Below are positions 48,620-56,983 of a stretch of 64,000 nucleotides of DNA, piece after piece (position 1 is the first letter of the stretch; each line of letters begins with the position of its first letter). Made by a program: the position numbers and the translations under genes. This stretch comes from Agathobacter sp. (GTDB lineage: Bacteria > Bacillota > Clostridia > Lachnospirales > Lachnospiraceae), in contig JAGAOC010000001.1 in the NCBI GenBank assembly GCA_017623935.1, positions 6,168-70,167 on the forward strand, read 5' to 3'. Under the pieces are notes generated by a model. That model saw only the letters and a program-made list of their open reading frames with translations, had not been told where the DNA came from and ran no database searches.

Positions 48620-50366
48620 TTGCTGCACCTCCTTCATCAAAATCTCCGCCGCCCTGGGTCTGGGAAGTGTATACATCCCGGTAGATCTCATTGGATCTCA
48701 TTAACTCTTCGTGAGTTCCAAATCCATCTAATTTACCATTGTTCATAACAATGATATGGTCGGCATCCATCACAGAGGAAATTCTCTGAGCAATGATCAG
48801 TTTGGTAATCCCAGGAATGGATTCCCGGAAGGCTTTACGGATCTTAGCGTCGGTAGCAGTATCCACGGCACTGGTACTGTCGTCTAAGATCAGAACTTTT
48901 GGATTCTTTAATAAAGCTCTGGCAATACAAAGACGCTGTTTCTGTCCGCCGGATACGTTAGTTCCGCCCTGTTCAATATGAGTGTGATATTTTTGAGGGA
49001 ATGTCTGGATAAAGTCATCTGCGCAGGCTAATCGGCAGGCTTCCATACATTCTTCTTCTGTAGCGTCTTTATTTCCCCAGCGCAGGTTATCTAAGATACT
49101 GCCACTGAAAAGGACATTGTTCTGGAGCACCACTGCTACCTGACTTCTTAATGTATCCATATCATAGGTTCTTACATCTTTTCCTCCTACATAAACAGCA
49201 CCTTCGTCCGCATCATAAAGACGACTTATGAGGTTGACAAGACTAGACTTGGAACTTCCAGTTCCACCAATGATTCCAATGGTCTCGCCGGACTTAATGG
49301 ACAGATTGATCTTGTCTAACACCGGTTGTTCTGAGGTCTGGGAGTAACGGAAGGTCACATTTTCAAAACGGATACTTCCATCTGGGATATCAAAATCCGG
49401 TGTTTCTGGATTTTTCAGGGTGCTTTCCTCATTTAATACTTCACAGATACGTCTTGCGCTGGCAACACTCATAGAGATCATAACGAAGACCATGGATAAC
49501 ATCATCAGGTTCATTAAGATATTCATGCAGTAGGTCAGCAGAGACATAAGATCACCGGTTCCTAAGGAGGAACCTACTACCAGATGGGCACCGATCCAGC
49601 TGATCAACAGGATACAGCCATATACAGTAAACTGCATCAGAGGAGAGTTCCATACTACCACGTTCTCAGCTTTGCAGAGCATATTGTAGATGTTCTGGCT
49701 GGCTTTGCGAAAACGTCCTTTTTCGTGATCTTCCCGGACATAGGCCTTTACTACGCGGATGGCAGAAACATTTTCCTGTACGCTTTCGTTCAGATCGTCG
49801 TATTTTACAAAGGCTGCCTGGAAATGTTTCATGGCTTTGGTAACGATGAAAGCCAGGCAGGTGCCTAGGAAAATAACCGCGATCAGATAAATGCTTGCCA
49901 ATTGTGGGCTAATGTAAAAGGACATTGCCATGGCACAGATCAAGGATGATGGAGCACGCATACACATACGAAGGATCATCATGTAGGCATTCTGGATATT
50001 GGTAACATCTGTGGTTAAGCGGGTCACAAGACTTGGGGTGCTGAACTTATCAATATTAGCAAAGGAATAAGTCTGAATCTTCTCAAACATTCCTTTTCTT
50101 AAGTTCCGTCCAAATCCCATGGCGGCTTTGGCTCCATATTTGGCACCTAAGCATCCGGCGATAAGCGAGATCAGCGCTGCTAGGATCATCCATGCACCAG
50201 TAACGAAAATGTGGTGGGTGTCACCTTTTTCGACACCATTATTAATAATGGAAGCCATAAGGTATGGAATCAGAGTTTCCATAAAAACTTCTAAAAGCAT
50301 AAAAATCGGAGTCGCGATTGAGGCTTTTTTAAATTCCTTAATCTGAGCTCCTAAAGTTTTCAACAT
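48612..50366 (-). CDS. ABC exporter, fused permease/ATPase (heterodimer subunit 1, degenerate site)
   Basis: Motifs GGTGSSKSS, VSGGQKQR, LILDDSTS and IAQRIS. Confidence 0.93.
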   Translation of the reverse strand: MLKTLGAQIKEFKKASIATPIFMLLEVFMETLIPYLMASIINNGVEKGDTHHIFVTGAWMILAALISLIAGCLGAKYGAKAAMGFGRNLRKGMFEKIQTYSFANIDKFSTPSLVTRLTTDVTNIQNAYMMILRMCMRAPSSLICAMAMSFYISPQLASIYLIAVIFLGTCLAFIVTKAMKHFQAAFVKYDDLNESVQENVSAIRVVKAYVREDHEKGRFRKASQNIYNMLCKAENVVVWNSPLMQFTVYGCILLISWIGAHLVVGSSLGTGDLMSLLTYCMNILMNLMMLSMVFVMISMSVASARRICEVLNEESTLKNPETPDFDIPDGSIRFENVTFRYSQTSEQPVLDKINLSIKSGETIGIIGGTGSSKSSLVNLISRLYDADEGAVYVGGKDVRTYDMDTLRSQVAVVLQNNVLFSGSILDNLRWGNKDATEEECMEACRLACADDFIQTFPQKYHTHIEQGGTNVSGGQKQRLCIARALLKNPKVLILDDSTSAVDTATDAKIRKAFRESIPGITKLIIAQRISSVMDADHIIVMNNGKLDGFGTHEELMRSNEIYRDVYTSQTQGGGDFDEGGAANA

Positions 50367-50577
50367 AAAATCCCTTCTTTCCTTATTAAATTGTATTTGC
50401 TTTTCAGTTATTTACTATCCATTAGATTATGACAATGAAAAATTTAAATGTCAATGATTTACGAAAAAAGATTGATTTTTCCCAGGAGGGGGCTCAAAGG
50501 TCTGTTTGAGTTTATAGAATATTCAGACATTGGCAGGGAGGAAATGGAAATAGTGCAACAAAATGGCAAAAAAGAAA

Positions 50578-50628
50578 CCACATAATCTTGTTTCTTCTTG
50601 TTGACAAAAGCACTAGATATAGTATAAT
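50578..50628 (+). promoter_or_regulatory. nrdD promoter with tandem NrdR boxes
   Basis: TTGACA(50601)-16 nt-TATAAT(50623); NrdR-box-like GCACTAGATATAGTAT at 50610-50625 and a weaker box core CATAATCTTG 32 bp upstream. Confidence 0.75.
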
Positions 50629-50673
50629 TGAATTTGACATGATGTGGTATGTCTTTTTAGGAGGATGTGACAG

Positions 50674-52860
50674 ATGAAAATTATAAAAAGAAGCGGCATT
50701 GAGGATATTTTTGATGCATCCAAGATTGTTGCAGCGATCTGTAAGGCAAATGACTCGGTCATTGATTACGAGAAATTGTCTATGGATCAGATTGAAGAGA
50801 TCGCGGCAAATGTTGAGAACGCCTGTGAGAATATGAAGCGTTCCCCAAGTGTGGAAGAAATACAAGATATGGTAGAGAACCAGCTCATGAACCACCGGGC
50901 ATTTACCGTAGCACGTAATTATATTACATATCGTTATAAGAGAGCATTAGTTCGTAAATCCAATTCTACAGATGAACAGATCTTAAGTCTGTTAGAATGT
51001 AATAACGAAGAAGTAAAACAGGAAAATTCCAATAAAAATCCTACAGTGAACAGTGTTCAGCGAGATTATATGGCAGGAGAAGTCAGCAAAGATATTACCA
51101 GAAGATTCCTGCTTCCAGAGGATATCGTAGAGGCTCATGAGAAGGGAATGATCCATTTCCATGACGCAGATTATTTTGCACAGCATATGCACAACTGCTG
51201 TCTGGTCAATCTGGAAGATATGCTTCAGAACGGCACCGTCATCAGCGAGACCATGATCGATCCGCCAAAGAGCTTTTCTACTGCTTGTAATATTGCCACC
51301 CAGGCCATCGCTCAGATTGCCAGCTCCCAGTATGGTGGACAGAGTATTTCTTTAGCTCACCTGGCACCTTTCGTACAGGTCAGCCGTGAGAAATTCAGAA
51401 AACAGGTTCGACAGGAATGTGAAGCAGTAGGGCTGGATCTGGATGATGAGAAGATCAATGATATTGCAGAACTTCGAGTAAAAGAGGAGATCAACCGTGG
51501 TGTTCAGATGATCCAGTATCAGGTCATTACATTGATGACCACCAATGGACAGGCTCCATTTATTACGGTATTTATGTATCTGAACGAAGCGCCGGAAGGT
51601 CAGACAAAAGCGGATCTGGCAGCTATTATCGAAGAAATGCTTCATCAGAGAATTCAGGGCGTGAAAAACGAAAAGGGAGTATACATTACTCCGGCTTTCC
51701 CAAAACTGATCTATGTTTTAGAAGAAGATAACATTCACGAAGACTCCAAATACTGGTATCTGACCAAATTGGCAGCTCAGTGTACTGCAAAACGTATGGT
51801 TCCGGATTACATTTCTGAGAAGAAAATGTTGGAGTTGAAGGTAGATAAGAATGGAGAGGGACATTGCTATACCTGTATGGGATGTAGAAGTTTCCTGACA
51901 CCATATGTAGATCCAAATACCAACAAACCAAAATATTATGGACGTTTCAATCAAGGGGTTGTTACCATCAACCTGGTAGATGTGGCTTGTTCCTCAGGAA
52001 AGGATATGGACAAATTCTGGAAGCTTCTGGATGAGCGCTTAGAACTTTGCTACAGAGCCCTTATGTGTCGTCATAAGAGACTTTTGGGAACCAAATCCGA
52101 TGTGGCACCGATCCTTTGGCAGAATGGAGCTTTAGCAAGACTGAAAAAAGGCGAGCCGATCGATAAACTTTTGTATGGCGGATATTCCACCATTTCCTTA
52201 GGATATGCCGGACTCTGTGAATGTACCAGATATATGAAGGGCGTATCTCATACGGATCCAAAAGAAGGAACGCCATTTGCATTAGAGGTTATGCAGCGGT
52301 TAAATGATGCCTGCAAGAAATGGAAAGAAGCCAATAATATGGACTTCTCTCTTTACGGAACACCGTTAGAGTCTACCACTTATAAGTTTGCCAAGAACTT
52401 GCAGAAACGGTTCGGGATCATTGAGGGTGTAACCGATAAGAATTACATTACAAATAGTTACCATGTTCATGTAACAGAAGAAATGAACGCCTTTGACAAG
52501 CTGAAATTTGAGTCTCAGTTCCAGGTACTTTCACCGGGAGGAGCCATCAGCTATGTAGAAGTTCCAAATATGCAGAATAATATTGAAGCGGTCTTATCTG
52601 TTATGCAGTATATCTACGACAATATTATGTATGCAGAATTAAATACCAAGAGTGATTATTGTCAGGTCTGCGGATATGACGGAGAGATTCAGATCGTGGA
52701 AGAAGAAGGATCTGGAAAACTGATCTGGAAATGTCCAAACTGCGGAAATGACGATCAGGATAAGATGAGTGTTGCCCGACGCACCTGTGGCTATATTGGT
52801 ACTCAGTTCTGGAATCAGGGACGTACCCAGGAGATCAAAGAAAGAGTACTTCATCTATAA
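50674..52860 (+). CDS. nrdD: Anaerobic (class III) ribonucleoside-triphosphate reductase
   Basis: ATP-cone (MKIIKRSG), HNCCLV, MGCRSF, YGTPLES, Zn-binding CQVC/CPNC and glycyl-radical RTCGYI. Confidence 0.96.
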   Translation: MKIIKRSGIEDIFDASKIVAAICKANDSVIDYEKLSMDQIEEIAANVENACENMKRSPSVEEIQDMVENQLMNHRAFTVARNYITYRYKRALVRKSNSTDEQILSLLECNNEEVKQENSNKNPTVNSVQRDYMAGEVSKDITRRFLLPEDIVEAHEKGMIHFHDADYFAQHMHNCCLVNLEDMLQNGTVISETMIDPPKSFSTACNIATQAIAQIASSQYGGQSISLAHLAPFVQVSREKFRKQVRQECEAVGLDLDDEKINDIAELRVKEEINRGVQMIQYQVITLMTTNGQAPFITVFMYLNEAPEGQTKADLAAIIEEMLHQRIQGVKNEKGVYITPAFPKLIYVLEEDNIHEDSKYWYLTKLAAQCTAKRMVPDYISEKKMLELKVDKNGEGHCYTCMGCRSFLTPYVDPNTNKPKYYGRFNQGVVTINLVDVACSSGKDMDKFWKLLDERLELCYRALMCRHKRLLGTKSDVAPILWQNGALARLKKGEPIDKLLYGGYSTISLGYAGLCECTRYMKGVSHTDPKEGTPFALEVMQRLNDACKKWKEANNMDFSLYGTPLESTTYKFAKNLQKRFGIIEGVTDKNYITNSYHVHVTEEMNAFDKLKFESQFQVLSPGGAISYVEVPNMQNNIEAVLSVMQYIYDNIMYAELNTKSDYCQVCGYDGEIQIVEEEGSGKLIWKCPNCGNDDQDKMSVARRTCGYIGTQFWNQGRTQEIKERVLHL

Positions 52861-52919
52861 AAGATTTTGAAAAAAATGCAATATTATGGTTAAGAAATAG
52901 GACGGACAGGTCGATATAT

Positions 52920-52935
52920 ACACCAGATATTGTAG
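52920..52935. promoter_or_regulatory. NrdR-box-like site downstream of nrdD
   Basis: ACACCAGATATTGTAG versus consensus acaCwAtATaTwGtgt. Confidence 0.5.
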
Positions 52936-52984
52936 AATGGAATCTAAGTATAGCCTATCAGGATGGAAAGGAGCATATCAGATT

Positions 52985-54106
52985 ATGAAAAAATTAGGGG
53001 TATATTTATTATCAGCCGCAATGTTCTTATCAGTTATTTTCGGAGGTAACGCAGGAATTTCTGTTTATGCGGATACTCAGGAGATGCAGGATGGAATGGT
53101 TACCTTAAGTGTAGGAACTACAGATACCACAGGAATGGAGATCGGTGATGAAGTAACCATCGATATCAATGTCTCACAGCAGATGAGTGTTTCTAAGATC
53201 ACAGGTATCTTCTCTTATGATGAAGAAGTGTTTGAAGAGATCAAGATTGGAAACATCGAACCAGCAGATGGACTTGACAAAGGATACTCTAACGGAAGAC
53301 TTACTTTTACTAGCAATAGTACTAATAACAATCCAACAACTGTATCTGGTACAGTGGCAAGCGTAACCTTGAAAGTAAAGAAAGCAACAGATACTACAAC
53401 TTTCAGCTACAAAGAGATCGAGATCTCTGCTGCTGATACTACATACCAGAATGGAAAAGACGAAGTAGAGGTAACTAACTCTAAAAAAGATAGTCGTACA
53501 TTTGAATTCGATATGGCAACAACTGCTACAGTACATGACAAAGCAATCTTAACAGTACCAGTCAAGATTGAGCAGAATACTGGTTTCAGTGCATTAGGAA
53601 TTACTGTAGAATATGGTTCAGGACTGATCTACAAATCAGTAGATTTATCAAGTGAAATGAAAGCTTATGTTGACTGTAAAGAATACAGCAATGTCAGCAC
53701 AGGAAAATTAACAATTGCCATCGCAGCATTAAAAGATATCAAGCTTGTTGGAACAGATCTGCTTTATCTGAATTTTGAAGCAACACCTGATTCCTTAGAT
53801 ATTACAGCAGATATCAAAGTAACTGTTACACAGGTAGAGAACCAGTCATTAGTAAGCATGAATGGTGCAGGCGAGAGCAAGACCTGTACAGTTTCTTTCA
53901 AAGAAGAATTGCAGTTAGGTGATGTAAACGGAGACGGAGATATTAACCTGATCGATGCTTCTTATGTGCTTCAGAGCTACAACGGAGTCCGCGAATTAAC
54001 AACAGACCAGAAAGAAAGAGCTGATGTAAACGGTTCCGATACAGTAACACTTGTTGATGCCTTTCGGATTATGAAATTCTATAACGGCGCTATTAAGAGC
54101 TTTTAG
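52985..54106 (+). CDS. Secreted cohesin-cohesin-dockerin adaptor protein
   Basis: Signal peptide ending VYA; two cohesin-like beta domains (GDEVTIDINV...FSYDEEVFE; LTVPVKIEQNTGFSALGITVEY...LLYLNFE); dockerin GDVNGDGDINLIDA...ADVNGSDTVTLVDA. Confidence 0.8.
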   Translation: MKKLGVYLLSAAMFLSVIFGGNAGISVYADTQEMQDGMVTLSVGTTDTTGMEIGDEVTIDINVSQQMSVSKITGIFSYDEEVFEEIKIGNIEPADGLDKGYSNGRLTFTSNSTNNNPTTVSGTVASVTLKVKKATDTTTFSYKEIEISAADTTYQNGKDEVEVTNSKKDSRTFEFDMATTATVHDKAILTVPVKIEQNTGFSALGITVEYGSGLIYKSVDLSSEMKAYVDCKEYSNVSTGKLTIAIAALKDIKLVGTDLLYLNFEATPDSLDITADIKVTVTQVENQSLVSMNGAGESKTCTVSFKEELQLGDVNGDGDINLIDASYVLQSYNGVRELTTDQKERADVNGSDTVTLVDAFRIMKFYNGAIKSF

Positions 54107-54135
54107 TAATAATCAGATAGGAGAATAATAAATCA

Positions 54136-55116
54136 ATGGATCAGAATAAAAAAGATGTTTTTGATGATATTAAAATGATTGAAAGAATCTGTCAGGTCCA
54201 TGATTTAGAAGACGGTGCAAAGAATAAAAGGTTATATAAATACCTGAAGAGTCAGAGACTTTTTAACACCTGGGTTGGTAAATCCTTCCTAGAAGCCCTT
54301 GGTAAGAACGGAAAAGACAGCAGATACAGGCGGACACTCGAAAGATGTTGCCGCCTGATCGCAGGTTCTTTCCTAGCTATGGCGGTGGTGTTAGGGGTCT
54401 CTATTCTTTATTTTCAGATAGAAGAAGAGAAGCAGGAAGCGGTTCTTGCTTACATCAGAGAAGAGCGGCGGCAAGCGGAGCTACAGGAAACTGAAGATAC
54501 AGAAGAAGATAATTCAGAAATGGAAGAAGAGCCCGTTGCAATTTTAGAAGAATATGCTATATTATATAGTATGAATCCGGATTTAGTGGGTTGGATCAAG
54601 ATTGATGGTACAAGGATCGATTATCCGGTCATGCAGAACAAGGATAACGAAGATTACTATCTATCTCACAATTTCCAAAGAGAAAGTGATTCCAAAGGAG
54701 CGTTGTTTATTGACGCGGATTCCAGTATTATGCCTAAGGATCAGAACCTAGTCATATTTGGCCATAATACAAGAGATAACAGTATTTTAGGAACGTTGGA
54801 TTATTACCTCGATAAGGATTTTTATGAGCAGTATCCCACACTGGAATTTGATACTCTTTATGAGAAGGGGAACTATGAGATCGTTGCAGTGGTGAAGACC
54901 GCAGTGAAGCAGCAGGAAGAGTCGGGATTTCGATATTATTGGTTCCACAATTATGAAGAAGATAGCGAATTTCAGGAACTTTTGGATTTTATAGAAGAGA
55001 ATCAGATATATGATACAGGGAAGGATCTGGTCTATGGTGATCATACGATCATGTTGTCTACCTGTGAATATACTGTAGACAATGGACGTTTGGTAGTAAT
55101 CGCAAGAAAAATGTAG
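54136..55116 (+). CDS. srtB: Class B sortase with N-terminal cytoplasmic extension
   Basis: Motifs NPDLVGWIKIDGTRIDYPVMQ, G.LFID, IFGHN, FDTLYE and catalytic MLSTC...GR. Confidence 0.9.
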   Translation: MDQNKKDVFDDIKMIERICQVHDLEDGAKNKRLYKYLKSQRLFNTWVGKSFLEALGKNGKDSRYRRTLERCCRLIAGSFLAMAVVLGVSILYFQIEEEKQEAVLAYIREERRQAELQETEDTEEDNSEMEEEPVAILEEYAILYSMNPDLVGWIKIDGTRIDYPVMQNKDNEDYYLSHNFQRESDSKGALFIDADSSIMPKDQNLVIFGHNTRDNSILGTLDYYLDKDFYEQYPTLEFDTLYEKGNYEIVAVVKTAVKQQEESGFRYYWFHNYEEDSEFQELLDFIEENQIYDTGKDLVYGDHTIMLSTCEYTVDNGRLVVIARKM

Positions 55117-55126
55117 AGGTAAAGTC

Positions 55127-56014
55127 ATGAGAAAATTAAGAAAATTACTTGGAACTATGTTGCTTGTGTGCGTAATGAGTTTTTGTTCAACTGTTAGTGT
55201 TCACGCAGCAACAGCACAAATGGTAGTGAATACCACAGCATCTGCCAATGCAGGTGATACCGTTTACGCACAGATTGTTTTGAATAACAATCCTGGAATC
55301 TGTACCATTGGTATAGCTATGAATTATGATGATGAAGTTTTAACTTATGAAGGTGCACAGTGGAATACAGAGATTACTTCCGGCAGTGGCAGTATGCCAT
55401 TGATCTCTAATCTGGAAGATGAGAATCTCTTAAATATCTCTTCTATTATGAGCACACCATATGATGTGTCCGGAGAAGCTCTTGTAACCATCAAATTTAC
55501 AGCAAAACAGTCCTTTTCTTCTATGCCAATTGAAGTAGAGGTAAGAGATGTAAGTGACGCAGAAGAGGAAGATGTAGAGATCACACTTTCCAAGGGAACA
55601 CTTGCAAATAATTCAGGAAATGATTCTAATGGTGATGATAATTCATCAGATAATGGATCTAATGATTCAGAAAATCAGGGCGGATCAAATTCATCTGAAA
55701 ATGATAATTCTGGAAATAATGGAGATAACAACTCTGGAGCAGATAACTCTGGCAATGCAGGAGATGCAAATTCCGGCACTACAGGAAATAACAATTCCAA
55801 TAATTCTAACAATGCAGGAAGCAATAACTCCGGTAAGACAGGAAGCAATAGTTCTAATAATTCAAATAGTTCTGACAATTCAACAAACAACAACTTGGAC
55901 AAGACCTTTAAGACAGGTGCTGTAGATGTAAGAATTGTATTAGGCGTTATTGCAGTTGTACTTTTAGGAGTAGCCGGTGTATGCATTAAGGTTCTCCGCA
56001 AACGTGAATATTAA
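55127..56014 (+). CDS. Cell-wall-anchored cohesin scaffold protein
   Basis: Signal peptide ending VHA; cohesin GDTVYAQIVLNNNPGI...NYDDEVLTY...LVTIKFTAK; N/S/G linker of about 100 aa; FKTGA, TM helix and RKR tail. Confidence 0.8.
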   Translation: MRKLRKLLGTMLLVCVMSFCSTVSVHAATAQMVVNTTASANAGDTVYAQIVLNNNPGICTIGIAMNYDDEVLTYEGAQWNTEITSGSGSMPLISNLEDENLLNISSIMSTPYDVSGEALVTIKFTAKQSFSSMPIEVEVRDVSDAEEEDVEITLSKGTLANNSGNDSNGDDNSSDNGSNDSENQGGSNSSENDNSGNNGDNNSGADNSGNAGDANSGTTGNNNSNNSNNAGSNNSGKTGSNSSNNSNSSDNSTNNNLDKTFKTGAVDVRIVLGVIAVVLLGVAGVCIKVLRKREY

Positions 56015-56027
56015 TCAGACCACTAGG

Positions 56028-56060
56028 ACCACTTCAGATGTTCTTTCTGAAGTGGTTTTT
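56028..56060 (+). terminator. Terminator closing the cohesin cassette
   Basis: ACCACTTCAGA-tgttctt-TCTGAAGTGGT followed by TTTT. Confidence 0.8.
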
Positions 56061-56120
56061 GTATACAGGGGATTTTGGGGATTTCTTGTATGATCCGAGA
56101 ATATTAGAATGGAGTATGAT

Positions 56121-56642
56121 ATGAATTACGCAGGGATCAAATATTGTGATATTGCCAATGGATTAGGTTGCCGGACGGTACTGTTCGTATCCGGTTGCAG
56201 GAATCATTGCAAAGGTTGTTTTCAGCCTCACACATGGGATTTTACATATGGTGAGCCTTTTGATGAGGCAGTCCAGAAGGAGATATTAGACTCGTTAGAG
56301 CCGAATTATGTCAGTGGACTGACTTTATTAGGGGGAGAGCCCTTCGAGCCGGAGAATCAGAAAGAATTGCTTCCTTTTGTAAAGAAGGTAAGAGAGCTGT
56401 ATCCGAAGAAGAATATCTGGGCCTTTACCGGTTATTTATATGATAAGGATCTTGTGCCGGGAGGACGGCGTTATACCGAAGAAACAGACCAGTTATTAGA
56501 TATGATCGATGTGCTGGTAGATGGACCTTTTGTGGAAGAGTTGAAGGATATTACACTGAAATTCCGCGGGTCTCAAAATCAGAGGGTACTTGACTTGAAA
56601 AAAACCAGAGAAAGTGGCAAAGTAGAGTTAATGGGATTATAA
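56121..56642 (+). CDS. nrdG: Anaerobic RNR activating enzyme (radical SAM)
   Basis: Motifs DIANGLGCRTVLFVSGC..HC.GCF, LLGGEPF, DVLVDGPF and FRGSQNQR. Confidence 0.95.
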   Translation: MNYAGIKYCDIANGLGCRTVLFVSGCRNHCKGCFQPHTWDFTYGEPFDEAVQKEILDSLEPNYVSGLTLLGGEPFEPENQKELLPFVKKVRELYPKKNIWAFTGYLYDKDLVPGGRRYTEETDQLLDMIDVLVDGPFVEELKDITLKFRGSQNQRVLDLKKTRESGKVELMGL

Positions 56643-56659
56643 GAGCAGAGGTGTTAGGT

Positions 56660-56950
56660 ATGAAGGGAAAATTGAAACGGGCAATAGCTGTTTTATGCTA
56701 TGGAATGGGAGTTTTTCTTGCAATCTATGTAGGGGGATGGACGATGTTATTACAGCCCCTGGATTTACTGATCCACGTCATTTCTGAGGGAAATTGCACC
56801 TTTGGGATCCTTTTATCCTGTGCCATGAAAATTCTCTTATCTGCCACTACAGCAGGCCTTCTCTGGTGTGTAGGCTATATAGGATTTAATCATTTCAAAG
56901 GAAAAGAGGATCCGGATTGGGAAGCTTTAGAAGAGGAATCCAAATACTAA
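56660..56950 (+). CDS. Hypothetical two-TM membrane protein
   Basis: GAGGTG RBS; two hydrophobic segments. Confidence 0.6.
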   Translation: MKGKLKRAIAVLCYGMGVFLAIYVGGWTMLLQPLDLLIHVISEGNCTFGILLSCAMKILLSATTAGLLWCVGYIGFNHFKGKEDPDWEALEEESKY

Positions 56951-56983
56951 GGATGATCGATAGGTTTTAAGGGAGTGTGAATC

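Noticed and set aside
50674-52860. Intein or group I intron in nrdD
   Set aside because: The ORF is continuous at 728 aa with normal motif spacing and no splice motifs or homing endonuclease.
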